A stretch of DNA of 64,000 nt from Basidiobolus meristosporus CBS 931.73 (GCA_002104905.1 MCFE01000037.1:124001-188000), one strand, 5' to 3'; numbered from the stretch's first letter, positions 1 to 13,389 are shown. The notes: generated from the letters alone by a model not told the origin. Numbers and translations are program-made.

Positions 1-339
1 GATTCAGCATATTGGCAGGTAAATACAGAGGAAAGACATATATAGGAGAAAACAGCAGAATAGGTAAAATAGTTAAGATACTTATTAATGCACAGTATTC
101 TCATACAAGAAGACATCCACTGAGAGAAATGTTTCTGGAGCATTATGAAGAGTAAATAAAGCAAGGAAAGCACTGTTCTGAGCAAAAAAAGTAAGATTGA
201 GTAAAATTACCAGTAACTGTATCATACCACTGGTATCATGGTAGAAACTATAGTGCCAGATAGTGCCATAGAGTGCCAGATCAATCCAGCACTATATACA
301 GGCTGGCACTATGTGGCACTATCCAACAGAACAAGTCTA
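1..339. mobile_element. Terminal region of a DNA transposon (subterminal TAGTGCCA/TGGCACTA repeats, terminus ...GAACAAGTCTA); runs off the window start
   Basis: Clustered tagtgcca/tggcacta repeats lie at 250-322. The end motif aacaagtcta (330-339) is shared with the MITE at 5394-5606. Positions 1-270 recur inverted at about 10640-10912. Confidence 0.6.
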
Positions 340-523
340 ATATATTCCTTCTCCCTGCTGGACTCTAGTCCCACTTATAGGTGCGCTCTTGCTTTTGTTT
401 GTGTGAATTCTGTATTGAACGGTGTGGAAGTTGGCTTGTGACCACAAGAAATCCGGCATATCTTGGTGGAGTTTTCCTGATAAAAATTAGTTGCTTGTTG
501 CACCCAACCCAACTTTGCATTAC

Positions 524-2758
524 TTAACTGATTACCCATGCATTGGGGCTGCTTAGCTTCTTAATGCCATAGGCATAGATGTCTCCATGTGCACATCTGT
601 CCTCAGTATTTTCCAATGCTTTCTGGCTGTCCTCCATGTGCCAACTCATCACATCAATGACAGACTTGAAGGTAATATTTTTGATGAGATTGGGATATAG
701 TAATACCTGCAACTTGACTTGTCTTCCTATCTCCCCACACATCTGCTTCATAGGAGACTCCCAAAAGGTGACACAAGGCCTGATATTCTCCACAGACTGT
801 GCAAGATGGAGTAGAGAATGGATAGAGTAGCAGCAGTGATCTACGCATTCAGCTTTATGTTTGTAGTATAGCCGCTCAAATCCTGTCACAAACTCCTCAC
901 ACAACAGCTGTAGATGCGTTAAGTTGGCATTGGTGATCTGCTTCTGGATAAATATTTGTACAATGTCCACATATAACTCCCAATGCTTCCAATGTACTCT
1001 TGGTAGGAATGGCTTCAGAACACCACTTGAATAAATACAAATCCAGTTCATCCTGTCTTTGCATTTGTATTGTTGCATATGTGTATGAATATTAATTGGA
1101 GCCTGTGAGAAGTACTTAGGGTAGAGGATACTCTGTAATATCTTGTCAATTTTTTCAAATTTCTCCAGTATCTCAAAGGGCTCATTTAGCTTGAAGTGCC
1201 CAGTGTACAACTTGGTCATCAGTATAGGGATATTGTTGAAAAGCAAATGCAATGCTCCCAGTGGAAAGCTTTTGCTCCAACAGATACCCTCTATCTTAAG
1301 TATCTCCAGTTTCCAATTGATTCCATATTTTGGCCAATGGCTTATAGCTTGCCAACTTTGCTGCAATTGCATGCTTACTTCTGTACATTCTCTCTGTAGA
1401 AAGATGATGCTCTTAGTGCTGGTGTTTGGGTAATAATAATGTGTGTGAGTTATGGAGTAAATCCCCTAGATCCCACACATTCAACAGCAATACCATCCAT
1501 TGTGCCCAGAAAAACCTGATATCTTGCTGATGGCTGGGGTATCTCCAATGCAGATATTAATATGCACTTTTTCATGATGGCTATTTACCATTATCCTGCT
1601 GGAAAGCATACAAAATTCATCCAGCAATGGATACAGGTAGCTATCTAGGTTGGACTGTGATTTAGGCCCAGATACCAGTGAGACTACCATCAGATTATTG
1701 CTCTGATACTGTAAGATGGGCAGCAGATTCAGATTGATGAGAATCAGTGGCCAGCAGGATTTTCTGGTAGAGTACTTGTTTAATGAGAATCCATCAAGTG
1801 CTAAAGCAAAGGCATGGTCATACATACCTTCAAAGTAGCCCTTGCTTCTTAGCTGTTTGTAATGTTTACCAGCAAATATATTGAATATGTTTTCACTTGA
1901 TTGATACTGAGTGTGGTACTGTATAGCTTTGCAATATTTGTCAGGCTGCATCAACTTCCTCAGACAGGGTATGGCCGGAATATATCCGGAGCTTGAACAA
2001 TGTTTTCCCTCAATGGTGGTGGATTCCTGACAATTTGGATACACTGCAATGGTAGTATTTTTGGATGTGAATGCCATGCAACTGTTAACACATGCTGGAA
2101 TCAGGACAGTCTCTGGATCATATGTTGCCAGCCGCATGACAGTTGTCCACTTGTACCATGTACATGGTAAGTTGCATCCTGGTATGATTTTGGTAAGAAG
2201 TAGTAATAAATCCTCAAAGCCCTCATTGCTGATATTAGTGGAAACGCACCACTTCTCTAGCCACAACATTATATCATTCACCAGTAGATGGATTACTGGG
2301 CTCACTTAGCACCATAAAGTATCCTTGGCATTTGTTTCAATGGGTGCTGTCTCATTGCATATAGGGGTTTGACCAGGCTCATACGTGGTACTGTTGTTAG
2401 GGGAGATAGGCTTGCAATCCATCAGTGTACCTTCTTTGTCAGAGCTATCACTCTGCATGCCATATTCAGAAGGATGAGGTGAGCCTAAAGGCATCACAAA
2501 CTCACCTGACTCAGTTTGCGCAAGGTGACAAAGACAGCCAGGTGCCAATATAGAAATATCAACTAGCCAGCAAGATAATGTTGGTACAATAGTGACCAAT
2601 GAATGGTCAAATATGACTTGGGTGGCAAAACACTGGCCATGATCCTTGTAATACTTCCTATGCTGTCTACGTGCTTCATGGCTGAGAGGCTTGCCACAAT
2701 AGCCACATGGTCTTTTTTCTCTTCTCTTACAATGTTGAGTCAAAGTAGTCTTGTCCAT
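524..2758 (-). pseudogene. CACTA/EnSpm (CMC, tnp2/Transposase_21-like) transposase, fragmented
   Basis: Three consecutive minus-strand ORFs (2306-2758, 1481-2305, 524-1372) carry an N-terminal CxxC..H motif and the motifs ALDGF, SCWPLILINLNL, GDTPAISKISG, GALHLLFNNI and FWESPMKQMCG. Reading frames are broken and the expected catalytic Glu position reads K. Confidence 0.8.
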
Positions 2759-2980
2759 GGGGCAAACAGCTTGACCTTCAACAATGTAATGCTATTATAT
2801 CACTTTTTGGTCAATACTCATGTGAACTTAAGACGGTGTTGTATCTGAGACATTGCACGTACATGTATGTAAGATTCAATGATGACCTGCCATAGTAAGC
2901 ATTATAAATAAAGTTGTGGCACCACATACACACGTATATGTAACACTCTTTCCCCTTTGGTTTGACTCACTTCCATATAT

Positions 2981-4936
2981 ATGCCGCCAAAAAATAAAGC
3001 AAAGTTGTCTGGTTCTCAACCAAACCCCACCGCTGACTGCAACAGAAGAACAGATGGACAACAGCTTGCTTTGACATTCAGTGCAACAAGCGGGGCTGTA
3101 TCCAAAAAAGGCCCTGTGGACAGTGTGCCCATTGAAGGTAATAATGCGGACTCCTCAGGCTCTCAGCCAAGTAGGCAATTGAGAACCTCTGCGGAGCCAC
3201 AAGCTGACCGTTATGCTCAGGCAGATGAGAATGTAGCAAACGCAGTACCCTCTGTTGAAGATCAGCAAGTGGCCATGATAACATCACCACCACCCATATT
3301 AGCAAGTATGTTGTCAGCTCATACCAAAGCATTAATGAGGCAATTAGGTGCAGTGGCTGATAGGATAGATGCAATGGCCCAGAGAAGTCAGGAAGTAGTC
3401 CAGAAACAGGATGAGCAGATAATATGTGTAGAGCAATCAATATCCCAGGTAGAGAAAGCAGTATCTTTGCTGCAAAGAAGGAACTCAAGTAGCTCAATGT
3501 CACAGCCAAGAATTGAGCCATTTCCCAATGTAATAGCAGAGGAACACCGTACAGTCTTCAAAGCACAACAACAGTGCCCAAAGATAAAGCCAACAGAAAA
3601 ACCTATCACAGCATGGGAGGGAGTCAACGTGGTGTTTATACCAAAGCCTAAAAATTAAAAGACATTGAAGATCCGTGAAGCCATTGAGTGCAATAATGAA
3701 GAGTGGGCTAATATACAAGAGGCCGTCAGAAGTCTAGCACTCCATCACCTTAAGGCCAGCATACCATGGGACCATCAGGAACCCAAGGCCAAGCAGAATG
3801 CACTAGACTTGTTCCATGAGCATCATCCTGGATTCAAATGGGTAAACAGATTTTGGGCCAGCATTGGTATGCTAAGAAACTATCTCAAGAATAGCAGAAA
3901 CTATCAAAGGCAGAAGAACAAGGGTGCCATGGCTAAAAACCAGTGGCTTCCTCAAGAGCCCATTACAAGCAGGGCCAAAAGCCCCAGACAAGTGTCATAG
4001 AGACGTCAGGCAGCTGGAAGAGTGCAAATTATGGGCAAGCAGGCAGACATGGATGCGCCAGCACAACATTTATCAAGGAAAAAGTGTAGTACCACTCAAG
4101 AAGCACCCAGTCAAAGTAGCAGTGAAGGACCTGGCAGTGATAAAAACCAGCTGCTTTTACAGGAGCCCATCACAACTATGGTTGAGAGCTCAAAACAAGC
4201 TGAAAAGAAATGTCAGCTTGCCAGAAGAGTGCCAGCAAGGGACAAGTAGGCCAAAACAGATGCGTCAGAGCAGAATTTTTCCAGGAGAAAACATAGTTCT
4301 TTATAAGAAGCACTCAGACAAAGTACCAGTGAGAGACCTGGCAGTGATAAAGGAAAAGGTAAAGGGAAAAATGTCTACTCAAGCCTGAGACAGGGAGGCA
4401 TGCAAAAAAAACTGCAGTTCTTGCCAATTAATGCTGCAAGCCAGGAACAGACTGAATCCCATCACAGCCAAGAAGAATTACCAACAAGAAAACAGCTGTT
4501 TTCACAAGAGCTGGAAGCGCAGCCAGTTGAGCTGCACTCCAGCAAGGTAGATGAGTTTGCTGAAAAAGGCAATTTGTCTACCACAGCCTCCACAGCCTCC
4601 ATTGTAGACAGAGTGGATATCCCACTGACAGTCAAGGCTACAATGTCAAGAGCTTGAAAGACTATCACAATGCCTTCAGTGGAGTTTTGGAACATTAATA
4701 GGCACACCAAAAGGTTGCAGCACTTCTTCAAGAGCAGTGCTCAAGAAAACACACTGGAATATTGCAAGGATTTATTGCAAAGACTGGCAGATGAGGAGCT
4801 AGACCTTGCAGTGCCAGCTGAAGACCAGGACGTGTGGGAGCCAGTGAATGAACAGTGGCATAAAGCTGTTGGGTTCCCACCAAAGTTGTGGAATCAGAGT
4901 GTTACAGCAGAAATACTTATTGAGTGGTGGATTTAA
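2981..4936 (+). pseudogene. Second, divergently oriented ORF of the transposon (unknown accessory protein), broken by stops and frameshifts
   Basis: A chain of + ORFs (2981-3658, 3665-4000, 4022-4249, 4400-4657, 4670-4936) lies head-to-head with the transposase. Pieces recur at about 12200-12300 and 12775-12870, so it is repetitive. No family recognised. Confidence 0.45.
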
Positions 4937-5390
4937 TGGAGTTACTTGTTGAGTGTGGGGTTGGGCTTAATTTTAGTGTAGGGTATAGAGACTTGTATAG
5001 GTCAATACAACTGGCAATTGAGGTACAACTGAAGTTTCAATGGAAATAAATCAATTTGTATGCATGAAAAGTAAGAGAAACTGTTGAATCAGGAAGTAAG
5101 GAGTGTGAAAAAGAGGCAATAGCCAATCAATTCACACACGCGTAGGAGGCAATAGAGTGTCCAGGATCAGAAAGTGAACAAATTGACAGGTAACCAATCG
5201 GAAGCCACTTATACATTATTGTGATGAAAAATTTTGATGAAGTTTTTTGTGAAATCTGGGGTGCAATTATTTTTCAACGGACTCTGGACAGTGTCCTGAC
5301 AAGATCAGTACCTCTCAGTCACAGGATATTAACTCTGTGACAGCCTTTTGATGGGATCATCTCAATAATTTTTCTTAGGGTATACTTAAA
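4830..5390 (+). repeat. Dispersed repeat module (3' part of the accessory ORF plus downstream region), copy 1
   Basis: Aligns by eye with 12200-12760 and partly with 12900-13220 (shared blocks tgcatgaaaagtaaga, aaccaatc..aagccactta, gccttttgatggga). Confidence 0.7.
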
Positions 5391-5393
5391 CAT

Positions 5394-5606
5394 TAGACTT
5401 GTTCCATCATTCCAGCTGATCATAGTGCCCAATAGTGCCATAGCATGCCAGATGGTGCCTGATCATGCCTCAGAGTGCAAGATGGTGCCATACAGTGCCA
5501 ATTTGAGATCAAAATTGACATGCATATGACCCTAAAATATCAAATTAATAACAAAATATACAGCACTCTCTGGCACTATGATCAATGGCACAATGGAACA
5601 AGTCTA
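5394..5606. mobile_element. MITE-like element with terminal inverted repeats
   Basis: A perfect 14-bp inverted repeat, TAGACTTGTTCCAT (5394-5407) and ATGGAACAAGTCTA (5593-5606), extends imperfectly to about 36 bp. Internal AGTGCCA repeats are present. Flanks fit either a TA or an ATT target-site duplication. Confidence 0.75.
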
Positions 5607-5845
5607 TTAGCCTTAAAGTAAAACCTATACAAAGCACTTAAAGTTCCAGATAGTCCAGGGGACCAAGATAGTGTCATGCATTTTGTGACATGATACAAGC
5701 CACAGGAGCTTGATTTGGAGTGTGATGGGTATTGAGTACCAAATGCATCTTATCAGTCCTTCTGTGTTGTTACATATCCTGCACAACGTTAATCCAAAAA
5801 AAAAGGTCAAAAATGGATTTTCTCCAGCACAGTGGGTGAGACACA

Positions 5846-6194
5846 TGTTGTAAAAGTTTGTAATTCCACCTATATATTCACCCAACTTAGTTACTTGGAT
5901 CATTACCTTCAAATTCTAGAGAATGCTGACCAAATTCCTTATCAGGATTTACTTGGAATATCTTCACCAAGATACCAGGTACCCAGAACATGAAAATTCT
6001 CAAAGTTGTCCAAACAGCCCCAAACTTTGCACACATAGTCTTGGGACCTTCCATAACCTATTCTATGTGCTTGTAATGCCAAGACCATGTAAAAGTATAA
6101 ATACTACTTTTGCATTCAATAAACCATTACATGGAAACCATATAATCTACTTGTCCTCCAAATCACTTCCTATATCTCCAAGACTCTTACAACA
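5846..6194 (+). repeat. 5' LTR of copia element
   Basis: Runs TGTTGTAA...TTACAACA and is a direct repeat of 10180-10528 with many transition mismatches. Confidence 0.93.
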
Positions 6195-6225
6195 GGTTAT
6201 GAGCCCCAAGCTGTCACTCTCTGCA

Positions 6226-9200
6226 ATGTCTACTACTGCTATTACTGGAATTTTTCCCTCTGCTGAAAAGTTGGATGGATCTAGCTACCAAGTGTGGAAG
6301 GTGAAGATGAAGATGCTGCTACAAGAAAGAGGCCTTTGGGATATTGTCATGGGAGAAGAATGCCCTCCTAAAAATGTGGGAGAGGAAGCCTTAAAGTACC
6401 AGAAGAAAGAACAAAGTGCCTTTAGTTTCATTTACCTCAATGTTAAGGACAAATTGCAAATTCAATGCTCAAGAGCAAAAACGGCAAAGAATGCCTGGAA
6501 GGCATTAGAAGACACTTACCAGTCATGTTCAGCTGCTAAGAAAATGTATCTGAGACAAAATTTCTTCACTACAAAAATGCTGCCAGGAGAAGTAATGAAA
6601 TATCTAATTAACAGAATTACCCTGCTGGTAGAGGAAATGGAATCTGTGGGTGTACCAACTACTGATGAGGGTGTGATTATTACCATCCTGAATAGCCTCA
6701 CAGACAGGTTGCAGGTCTTGTATCAGCCCTAGAGTCTAGAACTGAAGATTTGACCTTAAAATACAAATATGGAAGGCTCCTGGACAAAGAATTAAGAAAA
6801 TCAAGCACCAATAAGAAAGAAGAAGAAAATGCTATAATAAGCAATGATAACCAACAAAGGAGGTACTCAAGACCCTACAAAGGCAACAGCAAACTGTTTT
6901 ACAACTACTGCAAAAGGAAAGGACACACATCAGACCGGTGCTTCAAAAAGAAAGATAGTCAGCAGAAAAAGCCTGAATATGGAAATGCTGCAACAACTGA
7001 GGATAGACAATTCATATCTGCACTAAATATGACCACCAACAAAGATTCTCAGATGTGGTATATTGACTCTGGAGCATCTCAACACTTTACATACCAAAAA
7101 GAACTTTTTACCCAATATCAAGAAAATCCAATTAAGAAGGTTTTCATGGGTGACAATAAAACACATGATGCAGTGGGAGAAGGAACTATCCAAGTAAACC
7201 TAAGAAGCAGTGAAGGAAGCCATACACTGACTTTTAAAGAAGTACTCTATGTACCAGAAATAGCCAAGAACCTACTATCTGTAAGCAAGGCCACTGCAGA
7301 AGGACTCAATTTCAGCTTTGACAATTCTGGATGCAAGATCACTGATCAAAATGGTGCCCATATTGCTTTGGGTATCAGAGATCAGAATATATACAATTTG
7401 ACTTATACTCCATCATATCTGGAAGCCAATATAAGTAACTTAAATGAAGACACACCAATGCTTTGGCACAGGAGATTTGGGCACATCTATTTTGATTATT
7501 TGTACAAAATGATCAAAGATCAGCTAATTTCTGGAGTAAAAATTGATCCTCCAGCTAATTTGGAGCACTGTGAGGCCTGCATATATGGGAAACAAGCCAG
7601 ACAACTGTTCAAGAGCTCTGGGTTGATCAAAACTAAGAAAAAACTAGACCTAATTCACTCAGATCTGTGTGGACCTATGCAAAATTTATCCTTAGGTAGG
7701 ATGAAGTATTTAATATCCTTTATTGATAATTATATAAGATACACATGGGTCTACTTCATGGAGAGAAAGGAAGAAGCTCTGTCTAAGCTCAAGGAGTTTA
7801 AAGCCATGGTGGAGAGAGAAACTGGTGAAAAAATCAAGAAAATATGCTCTGACAATGGTGGAGAATATACCTCAAAACTCTTCATCCACTTCTGCAAAAT
7901 TCATGGGATAAAGCAAGAGACTACTGTACCATACTCCCCACAGCAAAATGGAGTAGCAGAATGTGCTAATAGATCAATAGCTGATATGATAAGATCTATG
8001 ATCCATGATCAAAAATCATCCTGTGCTTTTTGGGCAGAATTAGTTGCCATGGCTGGATATCTTAAAAATAAAAGTTATAACAGAATACTTTGTGATTCTA
8101 CTCCATTCGAAGCATGGTATGGATACAGACCAAGTGCAGAACATCTAAGAATACTTGAGTTTACAGCATATACCAAGAAACTGCCCAGAAATCAGTCAAA
8201 ATTTGAGCCAAAAAGTATAAAATGCATATTTTTGGGCTACTGAAATGAGAGTAAAGCATACAGACTCTACAATACCTGAGCAAAGAAGCTAATCAAGTCC
8301 AGGGATGTGTTGCTTGATGAAAGTTCAAAATTTTCACAAAAATGGCATCAGTTGATGACAAAAATCAGATCTCAAATTCACCAATTTTCAGGATTGAATC
8401 AGAGCAAAACAATGACAATTCTTACACTCCAGAGGACTCTACAACCATGGTTCAGCCAGAATCAGTGTCCAGGAATATTTCAGAAGTGATCATTCCAGTA
8501 TCAAATGCCTGGAGATCCAATTGGACAAGAAATAGCCCAAATTACTATATCAATGAGGGTACAAACTTGGCCTATGCCTATTTAGTCCATATCAATGAGT
8601 CCCAGACTGTAAAAGAGGCCCTAAACAGTCCTCAGACAAAGTTCTAGAGATCTGCAATGACTGAGGAGTATCCGGCCCTGATGGAAAATCAAACTTGTGA
8701 CTTAGTCAAATTACCAATCAACCAAAAATCAATTGGATGCAGATGGGTCTTCAAGACAAAATACAAGGCTGATGGTACAATTGAAAGATACAAAGTAAGA
8801 CTTGTGGCCAAAGGATACCATCAAACAAAAGGACCTGACTATACTGAGACCTTTGCACAGGTAGCCAAGTTTAATTCCTTCAGATTATTATTGGCTATTT
8901 CAGCCAAATATAAGTTTTTTCTTCATCAAATGGATGTAAAAGCTGCATTTTTGAATGGAGAAGTTGATGAGGACATTTATATGGACCAGTCTGATGGGTT
9001 TGCTGACCAAGATAGCCCCCATTTGGTCTGCAAGCTTAAAAAGTCACTATATGGTCTCAAACAATCACCAAGAGCCTGGAATTGCAAGATAGATTCTTAT
9101 TTGGAATCTTTGAGTTTCAAAAGGTGTAATGCTGACTATAGTATATACTATAAGCCAGATAGAGCAAATCAAGTTCTATTAGCTCTATATGTGGATGATC

Positions 9201-10168
9201 TTATTATAGCCACCAATAACCTAGAAACATTGGAAGAGACTAAATCCAGCCTATCTAAGGAGTTCAAGATGTCCAATCTAGGAGAACTCAGTTACTACTT
9301 AGGGATTAAATTCTCCATAGACAGAAGTACCCACACTATTATCCTAAGGCAATCCAAGTTTATTCAAGATATACTAAAGAAGTACCAAATGGAAGACTGT
9401 AAACCAACAGCTACCCCAATGGAGACAAACCTTAACTTGGTCAAAACACAACCAAATCAAGAGAGCTTGGTGCCATCTGAAAGCCCTGACTTTCCTTATC
9501 AATCTATGGTCAGCAGTCTGATGTATATTATGCTTGGAACACGTCCAGATATCTCATATTCAGTGGGAGTTGTCAGCCAACATAATCAGAACTATGGATC
9601 TGACCATATTGCAGCAGCTAAGCGGATTTTTAGATACCTAAAAGGAACTGCTGATATCTACTTAAGATTCACTTATAAGGACTCAGAACAGGATCTTATG
9701 TGATACTCTGATGCTAATTGGGGACAAAATTTAGAAGACAGAAGATACACCACAGGATACACCTTTGTTTACAGTAAAGGAGCAATTTCATGGAATTCAA
9801 GAAAGCAACCAACCGTAGCACTTTCTACCATAGAGGCAGAGTATATGGCAACCTGTGAAGCTACAAAATACACAATGTGGTTAAGAAAGCTTTTTACAAA
9901 TTTAGGCCTATGTCAAAAAATGCCTATTACTTTATTTCAAGACAATCAAGGATGTATACAATTAGGTATAAATCCAACTTTTCATGCTAGAAGCAAGCAC
10001 ATAGATATTAGACATCATTTCATACATGAAGCTATAGAGAACAACTTAGTTAGCTTAGTTTACTGTCCTACAGAGGAATTGATTACAGACATATTTACCA
10101 AACCATTAGCCAGAGACAAGTTTGAATAACTTAGGTCAAAATTAGGACTAGTCAGTATGAGCATTTAG
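6226..10168 (+). pseudogene. copia gag-pol polyprotein (gag, zinc knuckle, protease, integrase, RT, RNase H) with stops and frameshifts
   Basis: Motifs LDGSSYQVWKVKMKMLL, YCKRKGHTSDRC, WYIDSGASQH, LWHRRFGH..CEAC, IHSDLCGPM, SDNGGEY, QMDVKAAFLNG, LYVDDLII and RSKHIDIRHHF, split over several ORFs by in-frame stops. Confidence 0.93.
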
Positions 10169-10179
10169 CTGAGTGAGAG

Positions 10180-10528
10180 TGTTGTAAGAACTTGTGATTC
10201 CACCTAAATATTCACCTAACTTAGTCACTTAGATCATTACCTTCAAATCCTAGAGAATACTGACCAAATTCCTTGTTGGGATTTACTTGGAATATCTTCA
10301 CCAAATTATCAGGTGCCCAGAACATGAAGATTCTCAAAGTTGTCCAAACAGCCCCAAACTTTGCACACATAGTCTTGGGACCTTCCTTAGCCTATTCTAC
10401 ATGTTTATAATACCAAGACCTTGTAAAAGTATAAATACTACTTTTACATTCAATAAATCCTTAAGTGAAAACCATATAATCTACTTGTCCTCCAAATCAC
10501 TTCTAATATCTCCAAGACTCTTACAACA
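10180..10528 (+). repeat. 3' LTR of copia element
   Basis: Same length and termini as the 5' LTR, preceded by gagtgagag. Confidence 0.93.
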
Positions 10529-10639
10529 ACGCAAGGGCTGCTTTGCATGAAGATGAAGAGGTATTTTTCACACTCTGTGGCCAGGTATAGGCTCACTTGG
10601 CCTCCCTGGCACACTATGGCATCATTTGGCACTCATGGC

Positions 10640-11950
10640 TCAATGTGGCACTATCTGGCACTATTATTTCTACCATGATGCCAGTGGTAGGATATAGTTA
10701 CTGGTAGTTCTACTCAATCTACTTATATTGCTTGGGATAGTGCTTTCCTTGCTTTATTTACTCATCATAATGCTCCAGACACATATCTCCCAGTGGACAT
10801 CTTCTTGTATCAAAACACTGTGCATTATTAAGTATCTTAACTATTTTACCCATTCTGCTGTTTTCTCCTATATATGACATTCCTCTGTATTTACCTGCCA
10901 ATATGTGGAATCTCAGCATCATATCAGAGCACATATTATTATCTGCATTGGAGTTACCCTAGCCATTGGCAAAATAGCTGGCTCTTCTGGGCACAATAAA
11001 TGGTATTGCTGTTTAGTGTGTGGCTCCAAAACTCACACATATAAATATTATCTAAGCAGTGACACTAGGAACATCATCCTCCCACAGAGAAAACATACAT
11101 AAGTCATCATGCCATTGCAGTAAAGTTGGCAAGCTATAAGCCATTGGCCAGAATTTGCATTAATTCAGAAACTGGAGAAGCTTAAGATAGTGGGTATCTG
11201 CTGGAGCACAAGCTGTCTACTTGGATCAATGTATCTGCTTTTCAACAATATTCCTGTACTAATGAGCAAGTTGTGCATTACGCATTTCAAGCAAAATGAG
11301 CCCTTTGAGATACTGTGGAAATTTGAAAGAATTATCAAAACATTACAGAGTACTTGCTACCCAAAGTACTACTTGCAAGCTGTTATCATTATTCATACAC
11401 ATATGCAGAAATACAAATTCAAGGACTGGGAGTACTGGACATGTACTTATAAAAGTGACCTTCTGAAGCCATATCTATCAGTGGTTCATTGGAAGCATTG
11501 GGAGTCATATGTTAACATTGTAGGAATACTTATCCAAAAGCTGATTATCAATACCAACTTGATGCATCTACAGCTTTTGTGCCAGGAGTTTGCAATGGGA
11601 TTTGAGCAGCTATACTACAAGCATAAAGCTGAATGCATAAGTTTCTGCCACTACTATATCCATTCTCTACTCCATCTTACTTGGTGTGGAGAATATTGGG
11701 CCGTGCTTCACCTTTTGGGAGTTTCCCATGGAGTGGAAGTCTGAAAAGATAGAAAGACAAGTCAAGCCAAATGAAATACCTGCCCCAGTCTCATCAAGAT
11801 TATTACCTTCAGGTCTGTCATGAATATGATGAGTTGGCACATGAAGGACAGCCAAGAAGAGCTGGAAGACATTGAGGACAGATGTGCAAATGGAGAAACC
11901 TATGCCTTTGGCATTAAGAAGCTAGGCTACCCTAATGCATTGGTCAAGTA
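10640..11950 (+). mobile_element. Second, internally deleted CACTA-type element fragment (inverted relative to 1-2758)
   Basis: 10640-10912 is the reverse complement of 1-270. 10912-11950 encodes degraded homologs of the 524-1560 transposase segments (LLFNNIPVLMSKL, HWKHWESYV, YYIHSLLHL). Confidence 0.75.
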
Positions 11951-12199
11951 ATGCTAAATTGAGTTGGGTGCAACTTGCAACTAATCTTTAATAACACAAT
12001 GTTACCCAAGCAAGCTGGGTCTCTCTTGGTCACAAGCCAGCTTCTACACCATTCATTACAGAAAGCTCACAAACAAGAGCCAGAGTGTACCTACAAGGTG
12101 GACTAGAATTCAGCAGGGAGAAGGAGTATATTGGCTAAATGCTAAGAAGTTCTTTGCAGATATTCAGGAGGTATTCATGACAAAAGTGGTGGCAATCAT

Positions 12200-13220
12200 G
12201 TATGTATGGCAACTGGTGAGTGAACAATGGCAAAGGCCAAGGGGTTCCCACCTTAGTCATGGAAAAAGGGCAATTCCACAGAGATAATTATTGAATGGTG
12301 AATTTTGATGGATTCACTTTTTGAGTGTGAGGTTGGGCTCAATGTTAGTCTTGGGTATAGGTACCTGAACAGGTCAGTTCAATTTGAAATTGAGCTACAA
12401 CTGAAGTTCAAAAGCAAATCAAGCAATTTGCATGCATGAAAAGTAAGAATATTGCTTGTGCCAGGAAGTAAGGACTCTGAAAACAAGGCAATAGCTAATC
12501 AATGTACACAAATGTAGGAGGTGACTAAGTTTCCCAGATCCAATAGTGGGCAAATTGGCAGAGAACCAATCAAAAGCCACTTATGCATAGCTGTGATGAG
12601 AAATTTTGACCAAGTTTTTTATGAAACCTAAGTGCAATTCTTTTAGCAGTCATGGCACAGTGTCCTCACAGCATCTAACCTCTTAGTCACAGGACTTAAA
12701 TTTTGTGATGGCCTTTTGATGGGAGCATCACAGATATTTTTCATAGGGATGAGCTACACTCCAGTGAGGTAAATGACTTTACAGAGAATGGCATTTTGTC
12801 TACCACAGCCTCTATGTCCTTCATTGTAGACAGAGTGGAGATCCTACTGATAGACAAAGCAATAACATCAAGAACAACTGGAGATTCAAGGGAAATAACT
12901 CAGTTTGTATACTTGATAAGTAGGAGCATTGGTTGTGTTTGGAAGTAAGGAGTGTTAGAAAGAGGCAATAGCCAATGAATGCACATAAGCATAGGAATAA
13001 TTGAGTGACAAGGATTGGAGAGTGAGAAAATTGGCAGAGAACCAATCAAAATTCACTGAGGTATTGCATTAAGAAATGTTCTGATCAAGTTTTTTGTGAA
13101 ATCATAGGTGTGATTTTATTTCCATAGTCTTTGCAAGATGTCCTGGGACCATCAATAGTTCTTAAGCATGGGTTTAAAGCTTTTTGACTGCCTTTGGATA
13201 AGATTGTCACAGTTATTTTG
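12200..13220 (+). repeat. Further copies of the 4565-5390 repeat module
   Basis: Direct similarity to 4830-5390 (one full and one partial copy) and to 4565-4655 (at 12775-12870). Confidence 0.65.
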
Positions 13221-13389
13221 CACTTGGGTCCAGCAATAGCTTGGATTGGATCATAAGAAAGCAGTGAGAGTTTGCACTATAGGAGACAGTATAACTGTGA
13301 GTCAGGAGTATCCCAGAAGTTATCACTCTAATATCACAAGGCAGAAGATCACACCAAATTGGAAATAGCCAAATTTACTTTATCAATGA

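Larger units (their letters stand above)
5846..10528 (+). mobile_element. Ty1/copia LTR retrotransposon, full-length but inactivated
   Basis: Two 349-bp TG...CA LTRs, a PBS GGTTATGAGCCC at 6195, and a purine tract before the 3' LTR. Near target-site duplication ACACA/ACGCA. Domain order is gag-PR-IN-RT-RH. Confidence 0.95.

Noticed and set aside
5923-6225. ORFs reading through LTR sequence (5923-6732 N-terminal part, 10287-10550, 15342-15701)
   Set aside because: These are translations of LTR DNA. The gag similarity begins only at the ATG at 6226.
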